Made by a program: the position numbers and the translations under genes
Source of the DNA: a virus
Lineage: Duplodnaviria; Caudoviricetes
Strand: one strand, 5' to 3'
IMG/VR virus record: IMGVR_UViG_3300027798_005175
Coordinates: 1-37,102 of that record
Length of the DNA: 37,102 nucleotides
Shown here: positions 29,511 through 37,102 of the stretch, piece after piece
Numbering within the stretch: the first letter of the stretch is position 1
How the letters are laid out: every line of letters starts with the position of its first letter
The notes under the pieces: model-generated
Told to the model about the DNA's origin: nothing
The model's input: only the letters and a program-made list of their open reading frames with translations
The model's database searches: none

Positions 29511-30107
29511 CAATTTTAAAACATCCTTAACGCATAAATTTAAATATGCATTATCAATTATTAATCCGTCTTTAATATCAGACTGTTTCCATTGTAATTG
29601 ATAGTCACTCTTAAGTTTAACAAGAGGATCATTAATTTTTTCATGTTCATTTGGTGGTTCTGTAAACACACGTTCATCCCAATCATTATATGTGTATTTG
29701 TTTACATGAACTAATTTACCACCTAAAACTTCTTTGATCCAATATACTTCATCTTTTGGATATTGATCATATCTAATATCAGATACAAAAATAACTTCAT
29801 TATTATCTGATTCCATATCTTTCTGAAGCATAGATGTCCAATATGTACCTTCTGTTTGTTTTCTCTTAACTCCACCATACCATACCAACATTTCTCTAAA
29901 AATAGTCTTATCTTCAGTCTTCTCAGTAAAAACATCCAATTCTAACTTTGTTCTGATAAACTCTTCACAATCTTTTTTAAGATAATAAGCCAATGCATAT
30001 TGCTTCGCTTTAACACCTTTTTGTGACAATTGTTTAATTGCAATGTCACAAAACAAATTTTTGCCACTACGGGCAACACCAGATACACCAATATATTTTT
30101 TAGTCAT
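29499..30107 (-). CDS. Deoxynucleoside monophosphate kinase (T4 gp1-like)
   Basis: P-loop IGVSGVARSGKN, LA..LK, REMLV.YG...R and VSDIRY. Start at 30107 overlaps the upstream stop. Confidence 0.8.
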   Translation of the reverse strand: MTKKYIGVSGVARSGKNLFCDIAIKQLSQKGVKAKQYALAYYLKKDCEEFIRTKLELDVFTEKTEDKTIFREMLVWYGGVKRKQTEGTYWTSMLQKDMESDNNEVIFVSDIRYDQYPKDEVYWIKEVLGGKLVHVNKYTYNDWDERVFTEPPNEHEKINDPLVKLKSDYQLQWKQSDIKDGLIIDNAYLNLCVKDVLKLLLD

Positions 30108-30627
30108 TATCAAATAGTTTCTCTAATTCTTTTTCAGTTTTGCCATATAACTTACATACCTCAACCAAATCTGTCAATCCTTTTTCATTTTTAATCATCA
30201 TAATACAATAGTCATATGCATCTGACTTGCTTATTTGATAATGTTTAGCAATTAACTGAATTAATTCTTTATTGAGAGATTGCTTATTAGCCTTGATCCA
30301 CTTACAAAACTTACGTCCATGTGGAACTACATCACAACAAACCGTATAAAACAATCTATCTGGCATAGAATCAAAATATTTAGAAATATACGAAATCTCT
30401 TCAATACAAGACTGATCCATGCTCAATCCCATCAATAATACATATTTATTGAAAGATTTCTTTTCTTCTACTGTAAGTTTATCATAATAATCAGTAGACT
30501 TTACTTCTCTGATATGATTGATGTGATCAAATAACCCCTTACTCTTCACTAAGATCTTTTTCTCTTCTTTCGATGTTTCTGAGTTTTTCACTGATTGAAG
30601 GGTCTTGTTTTTTTGCGGTCTTCCCAT
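30100..30627 (-). CDS. Clamp-loader small subunit (T4 gp62-like)
   Basis: LFDHINHI, FNKYVLLMGLSM, VPHGRKFCKWIK and IAKHYQISKSDA match the gp62 pattern. Confidence 0.7.
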   Translation of the reverse strand: MGRPQKNKTLQSVKNSETSKEEKKILVKSKGLFDHINHIREVKSTDYYDKLTVEEKKSFNKYVLLMGLSMDQSCIEEISYISKYFDSMPDRLFYTVCCDVVPHGRKFCKWIKANKQSLNKELIQLIAKHYQISKSDAYDYCIMMIKNEKGLTDLVEVCKLYGKTEKELEKLFDND

Positions 30628-30898
30628 AAAAATTATTAATTCTAGCTCTTAGTGAATTGATGATAGTCAACAGATGTTTTTCGTTTGCAAATAATGTATT
30701 TACATCATTTGTCAACTTAGTTACAGTCTCCTCTAAATTCTTACTCAAATCAAGTGTTTTCTTGATTTTATTTTCTAAATATAAACAGTATAACGCCACT
30801 ACTAAAATAGTAAGTGGCGTTATAATATTAGAATAAAAAGACAATGGTATTGTAATACTTGCAATAATAATTACTAAAGTTAGTTTTTTAATACTCAT
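30539..30898 (-). CDS. Hypothetical membrane protein (two TM helices plus coiled coil)
   Basis: Hydrophobic N-terminal 40 aa followed by heptad repeats. The 3' end overlaps the gp62-like gene by 89 nt. Confidence 0.6.
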   Translation of the reverse strand: MSIKKLTLVIIIASITIPLSFYSNIITPLTILVVALYCLYLENKIKKTLDLSKNLEETVTKLTNDVNTLFANEKHLLTIINSLRARINNFYGKTAKKQDPSISEKLRNIERREKDLSEE

Positions 30899-30916
30899 TG
30901 TCTTATAGTGCCTACA

Positions 30917-31120
30917 TTAGGCAGTAACTTCAGCCAATACGCTCTTTAGTGCGTTGATTTGACGACCATTTAGATCAATACGCTTTGAACCACTTCGAAT
31001 GGAAAGCATCTTACCTACACTCTTGACACCCTTGAATGGGGCGGAAGCAAAGGCCTCTAGACCTTGAACCTTGTTATAAGCGAATGTAGTCTTGTTTTTT
31101 GTATTTTTACGTGTAACCAT
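30917..31120 (-). CDS. Small basic protein, 67 aa
   Basis: K/R-rich, with its own promoter and an A-rich leader. Confidence 0.75.
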   Translation of the reverse strand: MVTRKNTKNKTTFAYNKVQGLEAFASAPFKGVKSVGKMLSIRSGSKRIDLNGRQINALKSVLAEVTA

Positions 31121-31178
31121 ATTTTTTATTTTTGTTTTATTTATTTTTGTTTCGTTAGTATATCACCAACTTGAAATT

Positions 31179-31207
31179 ACTTTACACTAGTATCATCATT
31201 TTGTCAA
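31179..31207 (-). promoter_or_regulatory. Sigma70-type promoter TTGACA-N17-TAAAGT
   Basis: tgtcaa at 31202-31207 and acttta at 31179-31184 on the + strand; same boxes as 34229-34257. Confidence 0.7.
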
Positions 31208-31219
31208 CACATTTTTCAA

Positions 31220-32134
31220 TCAAAGTTTGAAATCTTTTTCAAACCGTTCCAAAGCATAATCCTTAGCCTTGAATTCAAATTCAAAGTCAACATCATCTAC
31301 ACCTACATATTCTTCAGGAATACTGCGTACATAGTCACCATGCGCACGTGGATTTTTATTGGTAAGATCATTGTCACTAAAATGAAAAAGTGGCCGATAC
31401 TTACCCCAAGTAGACATAGACAACTTTACCGCTTCTTTAGCAGATAATTTGCCTGGGTTACAACGAAAATGAAGATTGTCATGCGTGATGGGAATACCAG
31501 TATTTAAATAAATTAAATCATACAATTCATCTACTTTCCAACTGTTAGGTTTGTCTTCATTCTCAAGTACCAAACGAGACTTTACATTAACAGGTAAATC
31601 ATTGTATACATCAATGAACCGTTTAGCTATATCTTTAGTACCACCTTTATAACAATTCATATGAATATTAATTGGTGATTCATATGATTGCGGTAGACCA
31701 AACAAATCCATAATACCAGCATGATTTTTTAGTTCTACAATAGATTTCGCAACAACTGATGCGCTAGCAGAAGCGGGTACCACAAATTGGTCTGGATGAG
31801 TAGAACACCGTACTTTATTTTTTGTAATAATTTCTGAACCAAGTTTAAACATTTCATAAATTTTATTTTTATCTGGAAGAACATCAAATGACAAATTTGC
31901 TTCTGGCAATGTAGCCAACGGAAACAAATCACTGCTGATACGGTAATTCCACCCTTTACTTGCACACAGTGCAATAATTTGTACCGTAGTAGATACGTTG
32001 TTTAGTGTACGTTTAGATACAGTGTCAACAGCACTTTTACGTTCCAAAGCAAGAAACCGTGTCTTTGTCATGGTGTTTGCTTTGATACCTTTTTCTTGCA
32101 ACTGCAAGGAAATACAACATAGAGATTTTTTCAT
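31220..32134 (-). CDS. uvsE: UV-damage endonuclease
   Basis: YRISSDLFP, STHPDQF, NIHM, RLVLENEDK, HDNLH, HFS, AHGDY and EFKAKD. Confidence 0.93.
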   Translation of the reverse strand: MKKSLCCISLQLQEKGIKANTMTKTRFLALERKSAVDTVSKRTLNNVSTTVQIIALCASKGWNYRISSDLFPLATLPEANLSFDVLPDKNKIYEMFKLGSEIITKNKVRCSTHPDQFVVPASASASVVAKSIVELKNHAGIMDLFGLPQSYESPINIHMNCYKGGTKDIAKRFIDVYNDLPVNVKSRLVLENEDKPNSWKVDELYDLIYLNTGIPITHDNLHFRCNPGKLSAKEAVKLSMSTWGKYRPLFHFSDNDLTNKNPRAHGDYVRSIPEEYVGVDDVDFEFEFKAKDYALERFEKDFKL

Positions 32135-32141
32135 CTTTTTT

Positions 32142-32169
32142 ATTATAACAGCGGATTATAAAATGTCAA
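32142..32169 (-). promoter_or_regulatory. Sigma70-type promoter TTGACA-N16-TATAAT with extended -10 (TGt), 7 nt before the uvsE ATG (probably leaderless)
   Basis: tgtcaa at 32164-32169 and attata at 32142-32147 on the + strand. Confidence 0.75.
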
Positions 32170-33344
32170 CGTCCAACTTCAGAAAAGAAATTGGTTTTAG
32201 CCTCTTCATAAGACATACCAATCATTTTGTTATAATAAAGAATATCTGGTTTTAAATTTCCTTCACTCTTTAGTTTTTTATACCTTTCAATAGCCTTTGG
32301 TCTCCACCATTCCATAATAGCGTCAGAATCTCTCTTGAACAACTCTTTCATCTTCAATTGATCTTCTTCAATTTTGTTCTGAAGAAACTCTTTACTGTTC
32401 TCATAAAAACAACTGTAATAAACACCACGTTCATATCCATGTGTATAATTAGAGGTTTTAATATTAAGTGATTGAAAAATCATACTCAATACACGATTCT
32501 TTGCACCAGTAACAGGTCCATTAACACCTTCTTTTTGTGTCATGGCTTTCTTATATTCATCTGCTTTATTATCCTTAATCCATTGGTGCCATGTATTGTA
32601 CACGCTGTCATCAGGCTTAATGGTCATCTTACCAGTACTAGATCCACACTTATGCCACCATTTTAAACTGTTATACATGCTGTAACTACCATAAAGTGAA
32701 GTGGTGGTGATCCCTACAAGAGTCTGACCGTATAAATCTTTCCAAATTTTTCTGGTTGCATTTGATGTCACCAAAGCAGCCACCAACTTACCACCCAAGA
32801 AATTATAACCAAATGGTTGTGTACTCATGATACAACTACCAATAGCACTATAAACCAACTTCTTATCTTCTAGTTTATTTTCAGCAGTCCAACCAATATA
32901 TTTATCTCTATCAGTGATGGTAATAACATCACTTGAAATGCTAACTACACCCAAATACCGTGGATTGTTTTCATTTCCATCACTAATAAGCAATTTGATA
33001 AATCTACCTGGTGTTTGTGCATACTCCATAGTATGACAAAATGTTCGTAACATGATCCAATCTGAATCAATTGTATCATCCACTACATGAACAACTGTTG
33101 GTTTAAGTTGTTCAATTTCTTTAATTGTTAACTCTTGATTGTTAATATCTGTTGGAGTCCAAATCTTACCCTTAGATACACCAGATTTATTAATATAATT
33201 TGTAAGTTGTTGTACTTCAACCCACTTCTTATAAAAGGTCTGTTCTTCAGCAGACATAGATTTCAAAAATTCAAGATTTTTAATGAACTTGTGTTTTTCA
33301 GATTCAAAATCAAAATCATCAGTGTCAAAAAATGGATTACTCAT
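32166..33344 (-). CDS. DUF4338 / Druantia DruA-like protein
   Basis: Likely start at 33344 (MSNPFFD). Motifs PGRFIKLLI, YLGVVSISSD, RDKYIGW, QPFGYNFLGGKLVA and GITTTSLYG..SMYN. Confidence 0.7.
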   Translation of the reverse strand: MSNPFFDTDDFDFESEKHKFIKNLEFLKSMSAEEQTFYKKWVEVQQLTNYINKSGVSKGKIWTPTDINNQELTIKEIEQLKPTVVHVVDDTIDSDWIMLRTFCHTMEYAQTPGRFIKLLISDGNENNPRYLGVVSISSDVITITDRDKYIGWTAENKLEDKKLVYSAIGSCIMSTQPFGYNFLGGKLVAALVTSNATRKIWKDLYGQTLVGITTTSLYGSYSMYNSLKWWHKCGSSTGKMTIKPDDSVYNTWHQWIKDNKADEYKKAMTQKEGVNGPVTGAKNRVLSMIFQSLNIKTSNYTHGYERGVYYSCFYENSKEFLQNKIEEDQLKMKELFKRDSDAIMEWWRPKAIERYKKLKSEGNLKPDILYYNKMIGMSYEEAKTNFFSEVGR

Positions 33345-33360
33345 ACTACTTATATATACC

Positions 33361-33618
33361 ATGAAATATAAAACAATCAACCCAAAAGAAACGGTTTTTT
33401 ACGTTTTTGAAACGTCTACTATTAAATTTAGTATATTTGATAGTGAAATGGATGAAGCTATATATTGGGGAAGTTGGAATATGGTTACTAGCATAGTAAA
33501 AAATATTAAAAAGGCAAATCCTAATGTTGTACTTTATTACTATTCAAAAGACTCAAAAGAAAAAATGATATTAGCCCCTGATTGGACTAATATCTTGAAC
33601 ATGCTTATTCCAACTTAA
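33361..33618 (+). CDS. Hypothetical protein, 85 aa
   Basis: ATG at 33361 is divergent from 33344 across a 16-nt gap and fills otherwise empty space. Confidence 0.6.
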   Translation: MKYKTINPKETVFYVFETSTIKFSIFDSEMDEAIYWGSWNMVTSIVKNIKKANPNVVLYYYSKDSKEKMILAPDWTNILNMLIPT

Positions 33619-33802
33619 CATCTAATTTAATCACAGAGTATTTATCTACATCATACATACCCGTATTAAATTCATACCAAATTTCATTTTCACTCAAATG
33701 TACTTTGAGCAGTTTTTTTGTCTTTAAACAAATTATGCCGTAAATGACAACAGTATTATTGTCACCATACGGCATTTTGGTTGTTGTTTTCTTCTTAGGC
33801 AT
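33605..33802 (-). CDS. Hypothetical protein, 65 aa
   Basis: Start overlaps the stop of the upstream gene, consistent with translational coupling. Confidence 0.65.
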   Translation of the reverse strand: MPKKKTTTKMPYGDNNTVVIYGIICLKTKKLLKVHLSENEIWYEFNTGMYDVDKYSVIKLDVKLE

Positions 33803-34178
33803 TAACAGTTGCCTTTGACACTTTAACTTCTGATTCTACATGTGATTCAGTAGATTTGATTGTAACGTCAAGTACCTTGACGGTGTTATACTTATCATGA
33901 AGTACAACCTCTGCTTGACGTGCGGCAGAAAGAACACTCTCAGTCACCGGATTCATTGCGAATGCCAACTTTGGACGGCCTTTACCTCCATGAATTGTGC
34001 CAATCTCAGCAACAGTTCCATCATCAATGGCGTTCTTGAGACGTACACGAAGTGTAATGGGAATAAATTCCTTGTTTACACTCATTAGATCAACAATAGT
34101 AAAATGTTTATCAGCTGATAACCAGGTTACAGTTAGGTTTGTCTTATTCTTGCGGTCTGTCTTCTTAGTATTACTCAT
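33795..34178 (-). CDS. Putative winged-helix DNA-binding protein
   Basis: FTIVDLM...ITLRVRLKNAIDDGTVAEIG...GKGRPKLAF fits helix-turn-helix plus a GRP wing. Confidence 0.6.
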   Translation of the reverse strand: MSNTKKTDRKNKTNLTVTWLSADKHFTIVDLMSVNKEFIPITLRVRLKNAIDDGTVAEIGTIHGGKGRPKLAFAMNPVTESVLSAARQAEVVLHDKYNTVKVLDVTIKSTESHVESEVKVSKATVNA

Positions 34179-34228
34179 ATTTTATATTTTTTGTTTATGT
34201 TTAGCGGTTGAACTTCAACCTTATAAAT

Positions 34229-34257
34229 ACTTTATATTATATCCTGTTTGATGTCAA
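34229..34257 (-). promoter_or_regulatory. Sigma70-type promoter TTGACA-N17-TAAAGT, followed by inverted repeat GGTTGAA-C-TTCAACC (34206-34220)
   Basis: tgtcaa at 34252-34257 and acttta at 34229-34234 on the + strand. Confidence 0.7.
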
Positions 34258-36254
34258 TGACTTTTTTCAAGAAACATCCGATTCATTGTCTTGGCAACTT
34301 GCAAAAGATTGCTTGGATTGATGAACGATGCGTTCTTGCCATACATTTTCTTGAACAAATCAATTGATTTTGGATTATTTATTCCTTCACTCTTAATAAA
34401 ATAACTCAATACAGAATATCCTTCATGAGCAATCTTAGCTACCTGTTTCTTGGTATGTAGAGCAGCAGACTCTTGACTATAATTTACAGCGTCACCATTA
34501 TTGGTTGTATAATTCATAGCGGGCTCACCATCACTGAAATTAAGAAAATAATAGTCCGTATCAATAGAAGTCTTTGGCAAATGTTTCATAATTGCTTCAA
34601 ATGAAAGACCTTCAGGTGTAGCTCCATTTGGATACAAATACGGAAACAACGACTTAATCTTACCAATTTTATCTACTGATGAATCATATCCAATCACAAC
34701 ATAAGGATTTGATCCATTATGTGAACGACTTGTACTAAAAGTGGTTCTGAATGATACAGTTACCCGTAGATTATCAATCATAGAAGCCGCCTTACAAATA
34801 GCAACTACACTTGTCATAGTCTTTTCCCATTTGTCTCCTCTCATGCTTGAACTAGCATCTACAGTGATATGAATATAAGATTTTTTATATTTAGAAACAT
34901 CCATAATATGAAACACATTTTCATTATCAAAAGACAGTTCTGATAAAATCCTACGATCAATCTTGCCTACAGGTTTACGCATATACTTGGTGGTATTTAC
35001 CTCACTACGAATCTGTAGCTTACGTCCAAGAGCGGCACCCATTACTAATCCTGCATTTACTGCTTTTAATACATTAGGATTAATTACAGATTTACTAGTA
35101 TAAGATCCATTAAAATGATTGTATTCAGCATACTTTAAAGGAAATACATCTGTCTCAATTAACTCTTTTTTTAATTTGGTAACAAGAATTGTATCTACAC
35201 TATAATAACCATCTGACTTAATATAGTCAGTCCCACTCTTAACCAAAGTCATTCCACTCTGTTCAATAGCGTCAAGGATCTTTTTATCTTTCTTAGATAC
35301 TTTCTTTTTCTTAATATTACCGCTCAAAAAATCCTTCTGCTTTTGAATCGCTTTCTTAATTAGTTTATTTTTATTAACAGATACAGATGGATCTTGTCCA
35401 ATATCATTCTTTACATCACCCTTGGTATTATCTCCAACAGGAGACTCTATTTTTTCTCCTCCCAAAGAATCTCCGCCAGATTCATCACCTGGTTCAGTAG
35501 ATTTACCTTTTTGTTTGTATTCAGTGATATTGGTTAGAATAATCTTTGCAACTTCCATCGCAACATACAAACGATCCTTTGGTGTAGTTAACCGTTGAAT
35601 ATTAGAAAGATTGATAATCTTAGCAATTTCACGGAGACCCGGCAATGATTCCAAATCAGTGTTTTCATTTGTAAAGTTAATGATACGAGTTTCATAACTT
35701 TCAATAGATGGAACACGATAAAGATTACTCTTCAACATTAGACCAATCTTTGCACTATCAAAATACTTTTCATATAATGCTTGATAATAACCACGATATC
35801 CCGGAGCATTATTATATACATACCAGTCAATATAACGGTCTTCTACATAGTTAAGACAATTCTTAACCAAAGAAGCTACATCATCTTTAGAGATTTGAAG
35901 TGGTTGTGCTAATGAATAAATATCACTTGGAACTTTTGTCCAAATACTCTTAACCAAATCAAAATCAGATAGTACAACATGACTACCTTCATGTAGAGCC
36001 AGTCCTACAGCAGGATCAAAATCTGCCTTGTCCAAGATATCAGCAGACAAATAAACAGTCTTACCATCCGTACAGTTACTGTCACCGTCATCAGTAAAAT
36101 AAACAGGAACAGATTTGCCTGTCAAAATATTGACGAAGTTACTTACAGCACGACGGGATACCGCCAGTTTAATCAAATTGAAGTTAACAGATGAACTATC
36201 ATCAATATCATCTTGATAATCATCATCCAACCAATAATCACTATAAGTAGTCAT
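34254..36254 (-). CDS. CobT-like protein: N-terminal HExxH metallopeptidase-like domain plus C-terminal vWA domain
   Basis: TDGKTV, GLALHEGSH, NYVEDRYID, acidic/Gly linker, and MIDAS DASSSM...ATPEG...SDGEP. Confidence 0.85.
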   Translation of the reverse strand: MTTYSDYWLDDDYQDDIDDSSSVNFNLIKLAVSRRAVSNFVNILTGKSVPVYFTDDGDSNCTDGKTVYLSADILDKADFDPAVGLALHEGSHVVLSDFDLVKSIWTKVPSDIYSLAQPLQISKDDVASLVKNCLNYVEDRYIDWYVYNNAPGYRGYYQALYEKYFDSAKIGLMLKSNLYRVPSIESYETRIINFTNENTDLESLPGLREIAKIINLSNIQRLTTPKDRLYVAMEVAKIILTNITEYKQKGKSTEPGDESGGDSLGGEKIESPVGDNTKGDVKNDIGQDPSVSVNKNKLIKKAIQKQKDFLSGNIKKKKVSKKDKKILDAIEQSGMTLVKSGTDYIKSDGYYSVDTILVTKLKKELIETDVFPLKYAEYNHFNGSYTSKSVINPNVLKAVNAGLVMGAALGRKLQIRSEVNTTKYMRKPVGKIDRRILSELSFDNENVFHIMDVSKYKKSYIHITVDASSSMRGDKWEKTMTSVVAICKAASMIDNLRVTVSFRTTFSTSRSHNGSNPYVVIGYDSSVDKIGKIKSLFPYLYPNGATPEGLSFEAIMKHLPKTSIDTDYYFLNFSDGEPAMNYTTNNGDAVNYSQESAALHTKKQVAKIAHEGYSVLSYFIKSEGINNPKSIDLFKKMYGKNASFINPSNLLQVAKTMNRMFLEKSH

Positions 36255-36285
36255 ATATTTTGACAGGCAATGTTTTGTTTATTTA

Positions 36286-37102
36286 TTAGAACGGAGGTTG
36301 TTCAGACTTAGTAAGCGGATCTGAAAACAGATTATTCTTGGATTCTACCTTGATATACTTTTGAACCAACTGTTTCACATAAGTCCGTTCACTGTCCATA
36401 CCACCTTCCACTGTGAAATTAGGATAAATGGCAGTCTCAGCAATTTCAAGCAAATTAAATCCATCCAAGATCAATTCTGAAATTTCAACGGTTGAACGAG
36501 TAGGAATAAAATTACTCAATTTACTATCCTCACTCTTAATCTGATCACGGGTATGAACCGCAATTTCAACAATTGAATTCAAAATATAAAGATGTTCAAT
36601 TTCAGAAATATTGAAGCGATCCTTTAGATAATTAAACTCAACATCCTTAGACAATGGACTCATTTCCAACTTGACAGGAAAACGACTCATCAAAGCACGA
36701 TCCATAACACGGGTAGAAGTATATTCATTACCAATGTTAGCCGTACCAATCAAACATACACCTTCAGCCACTTGCACAACTTCACTATCCTTCTTTTCAT
36801 CCAACCGCAAATACCGTTGAAGATCATCAAGAACAGTCATCAACACATTCCAAGCATCATGATGCGCACGGCTAACTTCATCCATCAAAATTACAGCATT
36901 TGGAGTCTTAATAGCCTTTACGAATGCGGATTCATTAAAGTAAGTACCAGTGCTCTTATCATAATGAGTATTACCAATAAGAGCACTACGAGCATCTTGA
37001 GTAGCTCCAAGATTGAAATAAAAGTATGGACGTTCCAGAGCCTTAGCTACAGTTTGTGCGGCTAGCGTCTTGCCGCAGCCGGTTGGTCCAACAATAAGAA
37101 TG
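36286..37102 (-). CDS. MoxR/CbbQ/CobS-type AAA+ ATPase (5' end outside window)
   Basis: Frame is open to the window edge. Walker A GPTGCGKT, Walker B ILMDE, sensor I GTAN, MDRALMSRF and sensor II PTR. Confidence 0.92.
   Translation of the reverse strand, partial: ILIVGPTGCGKTLAAQTVAKALERPYFYFNLGATQDARSALIGNTHYDKSTGTYFNESAFVKAIKTPNAVILMDEVSRAHHDAWNVLMTVLDDLQRYLRLDEKKDSEVVQVAEGVCLIGTANIGNEYTSTRVMDRALMSRFPVKLEMSPLSKDVEFNYLKDRFNISEIEHLYILNSIVEIAVHTRDQIKSEDSKLSNFIPTRSTVEISELILDGFNLLEIAETAIYPNFTVEGGMDSERTYVKQLVQKYIKVESKNNLFSDPLTKSEQPPF

Noticed and set aside
32166-33344. Complete Druantia defence system
   Set aside because: Only a DruA-like gene is present, without the large DruE helicase.
3408-37065. 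Other short antisense or alternate-frame ORFs (e.g. 3408, 6428, 7031, 7494, 15143, 15162, 17628, 22775, 24635, 27721, 29723, 31735, 31998, 32472, 33135, 33897, 33997, 36772)
   Set aside because: They are nested in well-supported genes and show no recognisable motifs.
34254-37102. Cobalamin cobaltochelatase CobST
   Set aside because: No cobN or other cob genes are present, so a general MoxR/vWA pair is more parsimonious.
1-37102. tRNA, rRNA, IS elements or an alternative genetic code
   Set aside because: Intergenic gaps are under about 100 nt with no cloverleaf seen, no transposase was found, and genes read through intact in the standard code.

Overview
AT-rich segment of a large dsDNA phage genome, not a cellular chromosome. 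Phage markers are a family-B DNA polymerase running off the left edge, a T4 gp62-like clamp-loader subunit, a dNMP kinase, dUTPase, a Cas4/AddB-like nuclease, UvsE, and a MoxR/CobS AAA+ ATPase with a vWA partner running off the right edge. About 24 kb (4227-28862) is a tightly packed glycan-biosynthesis island with roughly 8 glycosyltransferase-like genes. Its main novelty is an apparently complete route to a higher-carbon C4-branched 3,6-dideoxysugar. The route comprises RfbA, RfbB, an RfbH/E1 3-dehydrase, a YerE-like ThDP enzyme, a DmpF/DmpG pair that probably runs biosynthetically to supply 4-hydroxy-2-oxovalerate, two SDR reductases, an FkbM methyltransferase and GT2s, and the predicted carbon skeleton is erwiniose-like. 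A second module contains an RpiB-nucleotidyltransferase fusion, a PfkB kinase, a HAD phosphatase and a WavE-GT9 fusion, and there is also a sugar C-methyltransferase. A small ribbon-helix-helix gene heads the island, and the same palindrome (TATATACGTATATA, within a 23-bp inverted copy) lies in front of it and in front of rfbB. Several near-consensus sigma70 promoters are positioned to give leaderless mRNAs, and three -35 boxes contain the upstream gene's TGA stop. All calls come from manual motif reading; no searches were run.
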